A stretch of DNA of 60,218 nucleotides, filler included, from Sphacelaria rigidula (Eukaryota), in the NCBI GenBank assembly GCA_964200075.2. It is 9 parts of 9 records of this genome, joined end to end, with 100 filler letters (N's around TTAATTAATTAA, not from the genome) between each part and the next. Parts side by side here need not be neighbours in the genome. Positions count along the whole stretch, not along the records: positions 46,917 to 53,517 come from CAXNAA020019126.1; positions 53,618 to 60,218 come from CAXNAA020019127.1; 7 more parts are not named here. One strand, written 5' to 3'. The notes under the pieces were generated by a model. It saw only the letters and a program-made list of their open reading frames with translations. It ran no database searches and was not told where the DNA came from. Of the stretch, positions 49,657 to 60,218 are shown piece after piece (the first letter of the stretch is position 1; every line of letters starts with the position of its first letter). The translations under genes were made by a program, and so were the position numbers.

Positions 49657-52373
49657 CTACAGTAGAACACCGCCAGACTCATCGAAAACAAGTCGGGCAG
49701 TTGTAAGTGAAGACTCTACAGTGGCACGCGAGAAATCAGACTCAGCGGAAACGGGGGAGGACTTCACAGTAGAAGGGGAATCAATCTCACTCGTGGGGGA
49801 TCCAGACTCCACGGTAGTAGGGAAATCAGTCTCTCTCGTGGGGGGACGAGAATCTACGGGAGTAGGGGAAGAATGAGTTCCGCTACTCGATGTGGGGGTG
49901 TCACGCGAAGAACGAACCTGTACAGACGCAGATGAATTCTCTTCACCATGGGGGAACGAAGGGGTTACGGCTTTAGGCGCTATAATACGGCCACATGTTG
50001 GGGGGAGACGTGTGGCCAGCTGCGATGAACATCGCGATGTGCGGTCAAAACGTAAGCTGCCACTAAATAAGTGCACCCCAGTCGAATTCAGAATAATGTC
50101 ATGTCGCTTCTGCACGTGATGAAGGGAGAAAATATTAAACTTGACACCTTCTACGACGCAGACATCGGTCAACTGGACAGAAAAGTCGGTGGGGGGAGCA
50201 GGAAAATTTACAGATCCCATGTGAAATCTTAAATTCAGACTACCTACTGCCTTGATTGGGGGTATGCTCCCGTCGCCCATCATTACGTTCTCGATGCCTC
50301 GAGGAGGGGGTCGTAAGTCGAAAACGTCATCCATGTTCCCTGTGATGTGGTGTTCCCTGTGATGTGGTGTGAAGCACCCGTACCAGCAATCCATTTCTCA
50401 GTACTGTCACCCCTACTCGATGCAGTCCCACTACGTAGCACATCATACCTACGCAAATCAACTTGACCAAGCCGAAAACGAGACTCGCCTTGCGACATGG
50501 AAAGCGCCATGAGCAGTTGTGGATGCCCCGACGTAGACGCATCGGCAGGTGGAGACGAACTGCCGGGGGGGGCTGCTGGCTGATGATGCTGCTGATATGG
50601 GTCGTGAGATGGAACGGGATAGTGCGGGTAGTAGTAATATGCTCGTGGAGGAAGTTGGTGGTACTGGAACGAGGGTTGCTGGTAGTAGGCATAATATTGG
50701 GGTGGGTGTTGCTGGTGGTAGGAATGATGTGGAGGCGGGAGCTGTAGGGAATGGGCGAATCCGGCGTGATCAAAGGTATTGCCGTCTCGTGAGACGAAGT
50801 CGTCATCAGTGACGGAATCGCCGGATCGCTGCACAAAATTCGCATGACCGTGGGAGCTGCTGGAGGAGTAATCACGAGAGGGGTGGTTTCCCCCGTGATG
50901 AGGGCAACGCTGTTCCGGGCGCCTGAAATCCCGTTTGCCTTGTCGGGGATCATCATTCATTCGCCAGTCACTTCGTGCATGGAAATCAACATCCCCATCA
51001 TAGCACTCACTGGAGTGGCGTGAATTGCATGATGAGGTTTGGTGGGAGGAGTTACGGTATTGAAGTGGTGGTGAGGAAGGAGTTGGTTGGGAATGGTGTT
51101 TCGGGGAATGGTTTGGCTGAGATGAACCGCGGTATCGTGGTGGGGGTGAGGAAGTGGCAGATCGTTGATCTGAGATGTGACCTCCACCGCGGTCCGAGCA
51201 GCACTCTCGGCATTGATGGTGCGATTGGTGATGTGAGCGGGATATATCCTTGGAATTCATGAATTGGGGATCGGAATTGTGGTTGTGGTGGTGGTTATCG
51301 GTGCAGCATGCATCTTGGTTGATTCGCCTTCTGCCCCCCCCACTCCCACGTCGTCCGACCGATGCGTCGCTGTGGGAAGCACCATGAACTGCATCGGCAG
51401 GGGCATGATTTTTACGCGATCCTACCCTGCTCCTTGACAACTCCAGTTCGGCGTGCGCAATTTTTATCATACTTTCTAAAGTTGCAGTATCGATCTCAGG
51501 CATCGCAAGCAACATGCTCTTTTGAATCAGGTAATCTGATGACAGTCTGCGCGCATAGTGCCTGTTCGCATCGAACTCCGAAATCACAACACCATACTGA
51601 TGCCGTTTATGCCTTATAAAGTTGGCTCTGCTGAAGAAAACCAGAGGTGATTCACCCACACTCATCTCCAGGTCATTCCACTCTCGTTCATAGCGAGCCT
51701 TTTCAACAGTGGGGCAAACACCATAGTACCGAAGAAAATAATCCCATGCTTCGCTGGGTGAACCAAGGATCGCTAGGTGTTCCACAATCTGAGGTGCGGT
51801 TATCTTTTCCAAGATTATGTCCCACGCTCGTTGAGCCTCATCTACTGCCTCACATCCATGCTGTCTCTTTAGTTCTCCTTCCGACTGATGGAACACACGA
51901 ATAGGGACCTGCGAAAAAAGGGAATCGTAACACTTCTCACGGCGAAAGTATGCCCACATCTCAAGGTGGAACACCCGAAACTTTGATTCAAGGCTCTCCC
52001 CTGCCTTCAACGATCCGTCCCAAGGGGGGATACTGTTGTTGTTATGGAATCTTACACTGTTCGTGTTGGTTCGTTGCCCTAATATGTAGTCACCTTGCCT
52101 AGTTTCGTGAAAAACTCCTGGGTTGCTTAGACGATCTCTGTTGACTGCTGTGGTAGTGTGCACATGGTTCCCCTGTGGGCCTGTATTATCAAAATCCAAG
52201 CTTTTCTCTCTATCCCTCTCGTGTTCTGCAATCGCGTCACGTTTTGCTTTTTGCGTCGCGGCCTCTATTAATACTGCCTGCTTTACTTCCATCAGCCGCA
52301 ACTTCTCGGCTAACATATCGTCAGTGCTTACTTCCTTCGTTGTAGCCATTGCTTGGCTGTAATCAATCTGCAC
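49657..52373 (-). pseudogene. Copia-type Gag (UBN2/Retrotran_gag_2-like) plus aspartic protease, frameshifted
   Basis: AWDYFLRYY...EWNDLEMSVGESPLVFFSRA...RRLSSDY (gag); EKWIAGTGASHHITG (cf. WIxDSGASxHMT); continues in the 49657-50394 frame (VMMGDGS...VGSLNL...LTDVCVVEGVKFNIFSL) after a 17-bp duplication at 50334-50367. Confidence 0.88.
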
Positions 52374-54872
52374 GCGAGTACTTTGCTCAAACGTTTACTT
52401 CATCCCCTGTATAATCAAGTGTATTTCCCTTGTGGACACGCAGTAGGAAAAATTCTTGAACCGTATGGTATCTGTTCTGCAAAGCAATGTCACTGTGTAC
52501 ATGCTTGACTACACTAAAACGCCCAAATTCTGCCGCTGTTCTACTCTGCGCTCAACGCTGAAATCCTGCTGCTCTTCTACTCTAACGCTTCTTCTGATGT
52601 GCTTGACTGCACTAAACGCTCGAAGCGTGTGCCTCTATCAAACGTCCCTCTGCTTTTTGACTAAGTCAGTTCGACTCTAACGTGTCTACAAAGCTCTCGT
52701 TCACCCGCTAGCGTATGGGAAAGCCTCTCAAAGGAGGTGCTCTGGACAGAGAGGAATGCGCAGTAACTCTTCTCGTATCAACGTCTTATGCCCTTGACTC
52801 ACCCAACATCGACCGTGCAAGCTCCACGCGAGCTGCCCCCAAACACCAAGTATGTAGTACGCTAATATGCGGGTGCAAATTATCTACTGGGACAAACTGG
52901 GACAACAGATGGGGATTACAGGTTGCATCACCTTCTATGCGGCACATCTATAGTAGTCATAACACAACATCGACCCTTTGATTGATCCATTATCTCCCCG
53001 CTTCCCAAATCTATTTTACACGCGGCCTGCACCTCAACGTACCCGAACCAATCCTAGTTCTCGTGCTCGAGGGCTCAGGTTGGCAATACTCTAATAGATG
53101 GGGGGGTCCTACCACTATTATCATGTTCAGTTCGGTACACACTGGCTACACATTCTTCCATCTCCTCCCTGTTCTCCTCAAAGCTCACGTTTAATCGCAC
53201 GCAGTCGGCTGGCCCTTTCCCCCATCTTGCGCCAAGAGGTCATGAACCTCTCCGCTCCGTGCAGCACCCCCACGTGCCATGGTATACCACTGTCTGTACT
53301 GTATACACAGTGTATGTTGGACCGTCGAACCTATCGCGTACGGGCAATCGTACCATCAAATGATGTATTGCAAGTCTTAGGGCCTGTCTTAACGAAGAGG
53401 ATAGTCCCCTTTTTCACGATGATCTCCTTTGGACAGGTGATTGGCCCCATAACGACCAGCCCTGATTCCTACGAGCTGGGCCAGCCCAGAAACAGATTTA
53501 ACCTGGCAGAGCAATATNNNNNNNNNNNNNNNNNNNNNNNNNNNNNNNNNNNNNNNNNNNNTTAATTAATTAANNNNNNNNNNNNNNNNNNNNNNNNNNN
53601 NNNNNNNNNNNNNNNNNTGCTTTATTTTCTGGTATCGCCACGTGCAGAGACAGCCACGTCTCATACACTGCCTCATGGATGCCTCACCATTTGAACACTA
53701 CGTAGTACGATCATCCCCATCGTGCGGAGTTGAGGTTTCCCCACGCCGCACAACATGATGTATCTCGACCACCACCATGGTACCGCAAAAAAATCCCGGC
53801 AACCTGGTTTCCTCGCTTACGCAGTGAGTGGCGTATTTTATCGCGTCATTGCCTACCGACGCCAACCCCATCAGGGGTCCGCCTCAACAAAGCCGGGACG
53901 GAGCACGCCGGGTTCTCGCCGGACCAGGTTGATGGGGAGCAGGGCGGGGGGGAGTATTTGCCGTGTGTTCTTCGATGCCAAGGGTCATCGTCTTCTCTTG
54001 TAGCGATTACCAACTACGAGCACTACGAGCGATAAAATAGCCAGTCCACAAGTCCATTTCGAGATGGCAACGACAAATGGCGTACAAACGCCCTCCAATC
54101 ACCCACTGCTTGCTTCATTTTTTCTCTCGGGAGAACAATTGCTCAAAATCACGTACACATTCATGCCCGCGAATGAAGGCCCGAGCGACCAGAAATCTGT
54201 GAGAAACAAATAATGGAAGGAAACGCGGAGGAATAGTGAAGACGCCACAGACTGGTCGGACCTGTGCCATCCTCTCCCGAACAGAACACACGCTCCATCA
54301 CAAGTTACCTAGGTTTAGAATGCGACAGCTGTAAGTTTTTCATCGCGTTGTTCTCGAGACAGGAAGCAAACCGGCCTGTGCGCCCCCCGCCACACTGACG
54401 AGTTATGGTATGTGGATATGCGCATGCATCCAACCGCGGTCCAATCCTCTGCTTTGTTGCCGACAAAAACGAGTTGAAAGATAGACACAGCAACATACTG
54501 CACCAAGAGGGGCACAAAAACGACACGGGCAGCGGCTTCTATCCTGCTATTGTTGTAACCCCGTGTACAGCTGTACTGCAACGTCCATCACAAGATTGTT
54601 GTACAATGTACTATAACTATGGTACATCTTGTATAAGCGTCGTCGTCATTTCGAGTGGCGCATGCACTCGTGATTGATACTGATTGGTTCATATGCGTCC
54701 CATTCCTTTTGCATTCCACTCATTGTGTAGTTGGTCGGTCCATTTTCCCGATATAAAGTACCCCAAAATCGGGCCCCATTCATGGGCATGACAGTGAGTG
54801 GTGATGGGACAAGAAGAAACAAGCTTAAAACAAGATGACACCATCTCCATCATCATGTGAACTCCAACTGAC

Positions 54873-55015
54873 CGGTTGACGTCGAGGTTATCCCACACGA
54901 TGATGGTCTCAACGGCACCCAGGTCCAACCCTTTCAGCGTGTCGTCCACCATGAAGCAATACTTGCCCGTATCCTGGTTGATCTCGTCGAAATACTTTTG
55001 CAGCAGCCGCTTCTC
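54873..55015 (-). CDS. eRF1: Eukaryotic peptide chain release factor 1, exon
   Basis: cag|[48 protein letters not shown]|gtcag; matches eRF1 [45 protein letters not shown]. Confidence 0.96.
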
Positions 55016-55704
55016 CTGTTTTCATGAGGAGGAGGAGGAGGAGGAGGAGAGAGAAAGGGGAGGGGGCGGGGGGGTGTACTCATGATCGTGCTTGCCATAG
55101 TCATCAGACCATTGAGGGGGCGGGGGGGGGGGAGCGTTGCAGCACAGTTTTGAAACGTCATTAGCGCGCATCGGGATGAGAACGATGTTGACGGAAGCGA
55201 TGGCAACGAGAGGGGCACGCGGGGGCGAGGTGCAGGTGATAGATCGAAAATGCATGTCGAAATGCGTCAAACCTCAATCAGACCGTTAACCCTTTCGGGA
55301 CTGATCTTCAGTAACAAGGGGTTTACCATGCATTAGTAAAATAATACGAAGTAATAAACATGTCTGGGAGCTATCTGCCCAATCACGGCGAGGCGGAATT
55401 CATCGACAAGTTCCGAACGACCAGTACGGGGCTGTCGCCGGGGGGTGATGTCACTGCCAAGTTGGTGTGTGTACTCTGTCCGTGGCTCACAAAAAAGCCT
55501 TCGAAGCAAAAGAAAGCCGCGGTGATCGGGGCTCGGTTTCCCCATTTGTTTTTCTCATCATTCACTTGCATTTTATATAGGTCGACCTCCACTCCCCCGA
55601 TTTTTTGGGTCACCATCCTTTAGCAAAACCTAGTTGATTACAATAACACGGCGTGCTCGGGGGAAATTCGGGAATAAATGTACCCTACTATATATGTGGT
55701 AATT

Positions 55705-56015
55705 CACAGGTTGGACGAGTCACAACTCGTCTAGACGAGTGCACTCGTGCGTGTTTTTCTAAAACAAAACGAGCATGACTCGTGTGCTCGAGTCATTACT
55801 TTTTTTTTTCACAACGAGCAATGACTTGTGCGCTCGAGTCATCACCTTTTTTTACAACGAGCAATGACTCGAGCGCTCGCCCTATAATTTTTTTTCACAA
55901 CGAGCAATGACTCGAGTGCTCGTGCTCGAATCATTTACTTTTTCACGTGGTATGACTCGTTTGCTCGAGTCATTTATTACTTCATCGCAAGCAATGACTC
56001 GTTTGCTTGTGTCTT
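55705..56015 (+). repeat. Tandem ~43-bp units ACAACGAGCAATGACTCG...GCTCG; related block at ~58400-58505
   Basis: Unit starts at ~55768, 55811, 55854, 55898 plus degenerate copies; several contain the hairpin ATGACTCG-N6-CGAGTCAT. Confidence 0.8.
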
Positions 56016-56121
56016 TTCTGGACAACCCAAGGACCCATCATCAATTACTGAAGTGATGGACGAGTGAGGCGCGAGACATGGTAAAAGCCTGGTGAACCAA
56101 CGGTAGGATTTGGAAATATTG

Positions 56122-56607
56122 CACACCCTGAACAATACAATATGTTTCTAATATATATTAGTCGATCATATTGGAATTTTGCGATATATTGCCGGTGTAA
56201 TATATATTGGTACCCTTAGACTGCACATGTATTGCGCGCCCAATATATATTGATGTCGTGGGACTGCATACATTTTGTCCGCCCGATATATATTGGTACT
56301 ATCGGGTTGAACACATATTATCTCATCAATATATATATTGGGGCAGCGTGAGCGACAACATATTGCACGATCAATATATACTAGGGTCGCACTGATGAAA
56401 ACATATTGACCGGTCAATATATATTGGGGCCGCGTGGGTGCCCATGTATTGGCCGGTCAAAATATATTGGATATTTCAAGTATGGTCTATGCTTTAAGAG
56501 AGATCCAGACGCGATGAGTGCCGGAGCCCGCGCAGACTGGGAAAAGCTTCGAGGGGAGCCGCAGAAGTTCGCGTGCATTACTCTGGAAAGTTGTCGAATG
56601 CGTTTGA

Positions 56608-56644
<37 letters not shown>

Positions 56645-57774
56645 ACCGGTCAGAAAATATGACCCGGTATATGCCTCCTGATACCGATCTGGCCACCAGT
56701 GCGGGGCCGCCCATTCCCTTTCCGGCATGTAATGTAAATATCTTGGCTAAACAACACGACGACAGAAAACGCGGGTCGATATGCACCTTTTGGTACCCCT
56801 GTGGTCACCAGGGCTGTGTTGCTTATACCCTGGACAATATAGTATGTTCCAATATGATACCAATACTTCGTATTGGAGTCAGCGCAAATACTGTCCTTTC
56901 AATATATGTTGTGTTGACATGTCTTCGGAGATGTTGAAGCAACAACATATATTGCTCGTGTCATGATCATGAAGTAATGTATGTCAATATATATATATAT
57001 TGGACATGCAGTTGCTCTGAGAATAAAACATTCAATATACATTGCGCATGCCGGCCGTGTATGTATTGAAGTGTCAATATATATTGAGTCGAGGCGATGC
57101 GTAGCATATTTTCACCATAATATATATTGAACGCAAAACATGCAGAAGTATTGTTTTTCCAATATATATTGCGCACGCTGATCGGATAGCTGTTGTGCAC
57201 TCAATATATATTGAACACGCTTGGGGAGGAACACATTGAGCTTTTTCGGCATGTAAAATACGTCTTTGAATGGCGCCCGCGAACAAAGAACTGCCCACAA
57301 TACTAAGTCCAATACACTTTCCAATCTGTGTTGAAAATCAATACTTTGCTACACCAAAATGTATTGTGACCGTCGGTTCCCTCGTGTATTGTCCACCCGA
57401 TATATATTGAAAGCATTGACGCACGACATATTGGGGTGGCAATATATATTGGCGCTTCGGGTGTCGAGTATATTGAATCGTCAATATATATTGACCTCGG
57501 GTGGCCGCAAATATATTGCTCGACATATATATGTTGGTGCCTTCTCACAAACATATTACTCGGCCAGAATATATTGAGGTGGCGCGTATCGTGATATATT
57601 GTTCGGTCGATATATATTTCATGTCGCGAGCCTTGACATATTGATGGCACAATATATATTGACCCTCTCTCGTGTCATCATATTGCTCGCCCAATATATA
57701 TTGACCACCCGACGCGTCGATATATTGAGCGGGCAATATATATATATATTACATGTTGTATTGTCCAGGGTGTG
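56122..57774. mobile_element. hAT-like non-autonomous TIR element containing periodic CAATATATATTG repeat-spacer arrays
   Basis: TIRs CACACCCTGAACAATACAATATG / CATGTTGTATTGTCCAGGGTGTG (21/23); flanks AAATATTG / TAATACTG (6/8); extra internal left end at 56824; same terminus as MITE 730-890. Confidence 0.8.
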
Positions 57775-57834
57775 TAATACTGTGACTCCTACAAATCGTG
57801 CTAACCTCTTTGGATGGTATGTTTGTGGCACTCT

Positions 57835-57972
57835 TCCCCACCATCGTGTGTTTGCGGCAGGTGTTCATTTATGTTATTTTCAAGGTAAATGATCAGTGAG
57901 GCCCCTGCAGCATCATTTTTACGGGAAAATAACATAAATGGACACCTACCGCAAACACACGATCGTGGGGAA
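57835..57972. repeat. Small foldback (MITE-like hairpin)
   Basis: TTCCCCACCATCGTGTGTTTGCGGCAGGTGTTCATTTATGTTATTTTC vs GAAAATAACATAAATGGACACCTACCGCAAACACACGATCGTGGGGAA. Confidence 0.8.
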
Positions 57973-59221
57973 ATGGGTCTCAAGCGGAATACGTACCCCT
58001 TTTCAAATCGATCATTGCTCTGCATGTGGGCGCAGAGACCTACCTGGACGAGACAACCGTGGCTCCGTCCACCACAGAACCGTTCAGTAAAATAACCACC
58101 AACGGACATCCGTCAAGGTGTCTATATCTTAGCTTCTTCTACCCCGGCCACGGCCCCTGGGGTGTCCGCCCCTGACGGAACTACATATCTCTTGTCTTTG
58201 ACTCCCGCGACGATGGATACATCCAAGTCGTCAAGTTCCGCCAGTCGCATAGGGAAGTACTTGAACACCTGTGTTTGCGGTTGACGCTTGTACATGTGCA
58301 GATATACATATGAACTTGAAGATTCTTGGTTCAAGATCGTCAAAGAACTCATGATAAATATTTGCTCGTGGGTTTGATGACTCCTCCACTGAAGTCGTTC
58401 ATCGCGAGCAATGACTCGAGTGCTCGCCCTACTCATTTTTACGGCGAACGAGTAGCCCAACGAGTGTGAGTGCCACGAGTCACACTCGTGCTGGTCCGAC
58501 GTATGCAATGTTCACAAGGCGACTGAGTGTAGAAACGCTGTGAGACTAGAGACGGAGCTAGAGGCATGAGTTCTTTCTATCCCTCTGTCGAGGCGGTACA
58601 AGCGGTGGTGAGATCGTATGTGATCAGCGGGAACGAAGCTGTGTATGGACAGTTGATCTCCGTCGCGGAGAACTCTCCAGAACGTGTGAGGGAGTATGCA
58701 GCGGCAGCTGCTGCTGCATTCGATGAGGAGTAATGTACTCTATGTGCGGCGTAACGCCCATGCCGTTCAGAGAGGATTTGCAGTTTGCAACAAAGAGGAA
58801 AATCGCGGCCCACCCCGACCACGAAGGGGTGTGTGGCAAGGTGATGGAGACAATATCCAAGGCCACAAGTTTCGGGCGGCAGTTGCCACATCCTGTTGAA
58901 AGCTCTCCACGGCGTCTCATATTCCTTGATACATATGTACATGACCTGATGCGCACAACACCTGAATTACAGTACAGTTTGTACCCGCACCTGAAAATAG
59001 ATTGGATGAAACTTTCTGTCTTCCTCCAACCCTGCCGTTACAAACATACGTGGATTTCTAGCACCATGAAGCCACTGTTTCATGCATATGCAGGACACGT
59101 CATTCCCAACCAGCCTCATTGGTCGTTCTGGAGACCCAGCCCCAAGAGGGTTAAGTCATTGACATAAAAAGAGGCAAATATCACGCCTCGAAATGAAGGC
59201 AGAACCGTCTGCTGAGCATAC

Positions 59222-59356
59222 CTGAACTAGCTTCACGGACCCCAGTGTCTCCGCGGACAGCTCGATGGCCTGGTTGAATCCCGCCTCTCCCCCGTACGAA
59301 ACATCAACCATCTTGATGACGTTTTTCAGCAGCCGAGGATCGAACAGGTCGCTCCC
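59222..59356 (-). CDS. eRF1: Eukaryotic peptide chain release factor 1, preceding exon
   Basis: cag|[45 protein letters not shown]|gtatg; [18 protein letters not shown] motif; phase-0 join to the next exon across a 4.2-kb intron. Confidence 0.96.
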
Positions 59357-59714
59357 CTGATTGCAACCGACAGTTGAGGCGAGCACAAGGGGAAAAATGA
59401 CAGAAACGATAAACAAAGGGGGGAAACGCGACAGGCCTGTTTGAGAGGAAGAACAAGGATATATTTTTTGAGAGATGATTTCGGGACATGAACGACTACT
59501 ATGCATGCGCCTAACTGCTGAAGCTCAAGTCATAAACTGAGCACGAATCAAGACCTTGAATTTGCTGACGGCAATCGCTAGTACGCACAACTCCGCAGGC
59601 ACAACGTGAAGTGATTCAGAATCGGTTGCCGAAACAGCGCTGCCGCAGACCACTAACTTCAAGGCCGACGTCCACATGATGCCCTTGGGCACCAGGTTCC
59701 ATTTCGTTTCAGCC

Positions 59715-59795
59715 GAGCAGGCTGGTGTGCCCACAAATACCAAAAGGTGTGGACCGGCGTACAGAGTAGATGGGACGAAAACACAACACACACAG
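59715..59795 (+). mobile_element. 3' fragment of the tRNA-derived SINE
   Basis: GGCTGGTGTGCCCACAAATACCAAAAGGTGTGGACCGGCG...GATGGGACGA...CACAACACACAC. Confidence 0.7.
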
Positions 59796-60035
59796 CCCCC
59801 GTATGTTTTTTTGTCGCACTTCCAACCCCCTCCCCCTCCTCCTCGGGATGAGTGCGTCCTCTCAAGGATCAACCATCTCTCTCCCGGTGCAGGCCTTGCA
59901 TTTTGGTCTCGCGGATTGCGGTCAGCACTCCCGCACCGCGTCATCTCACGCCACACAAACCCAGTCGACTACTTTGTTTACTCACGTTATCCTACTTTTC
60001 ACGGTGGAAATCAGATACTACGAAGAAAAAACCCA

Positions 60036-60106
60036 ACGCATCGGAATCGAACCCTCGTTCTCTCCACCCTAATGGCGACACTCGGAACATTACACCATCG
60101 GGGCGT
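60036..60106 (-). pseudogene. tRNA-like sequence (pseudo-tRNA or head of a second SINE family)
   Basis: Reverse complement ACGCCCCGATGGTGTAATG...GAGGGTTCGATTCCGATGCGT followed by TGGGTTTTTT; A box, B box and T-run present but stems are imperfect. Confidence 0.55.
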
Positions 60107-60218
60107 GGCGTGTTCGCGAGTAACAATCCACGGCTAGGACGACTCATCATGACAACGAGCTGGGCCAGCCTAGAGGCTGCATGAACGTTTGCAGGCGGAT
60201 GCGCCGGCCAATATTTGG

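Larger units (their letters stand above)
47349..53454 (-). mobile_element. Ty1/copia-related LTR element encoding only gag and protease (non-autonomous)
   Basis: PBS-like CGTTATGGGGCCAA (53441-53454, cf. copia GGTTATGGGCCCAG), gag-PR ORF, Pro/Ser-rich region, PPT and LTR; no IN/RT/RNaseH motifs seen; 5' LTR not visible. Confidence 0.7.
55286..59154. mobile_element. Candidate decayed piggyBac-like element filling most of the eRF1 intron
   Basis: TTAA-CCCTTTCGGGACTG ... CAGCCCCAAGAGGG-TTAA (11/14 inverted match); broken Cys/His-containing frames near the right end. Confidence 0.45.

Noticed and set aside
56150..57750. Calling the repeat-spacer array a true CRISPR array
   Set aside because: Repeats are only 12 + 8 nt, spacers ~16 and 6 nt, there are no cas genes or leader, and it sits inside TIRs in a eukaryotic intron; reported as a transposon-borne array instead
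27040..59356. Functional cluster of translation genes (SerRS, eRF1, tRNA-like sequences)
   Set aside because: SerRS and eRF1 are on different, unlinked contigs

Overview
Eukaryotic DNA, most likely from a brown alga or related stramenopile. This is inferred from the ~50% GC, short GT-AG exons in multi-kb introns and the protein fragments; it was not confirmed by search. The window is not one locus. It is nine unrelated, size-sorted contigs of 6601-6603 bp joined by an artificial 100-nt linker (N44-TTAATTAATTAA-N44), so adjacency across linkers means nothing. Recognisable exons: a tyrosinase-like protein, a cytosolic seryl-tRNA synthetase with an unexpected C-terminal WHEP-type extension, a CLASP-like TOG protein head-to-head with a protein kinase, a SANT/Myb protein with polyA/polyQ, and eRF1. 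The rest is mostly mobile and repetitive DNA: a copia-type gag-protease element with no recognisable IN/RT/RNaseH, an RTE-type RT relic, a multi-copy tRNA-headed SINE, and hAT-, piggyBac-, Harbinger-, Mutator- and mariner-like MITEs. The most unusual structure lies in the eRF1 intron: a TIR-bounded element filled with a 42-43 bp periodic array of the palindrome CAATATATATTG separated by non-repeating spacers. All assignments are by eye; no database searches were run.
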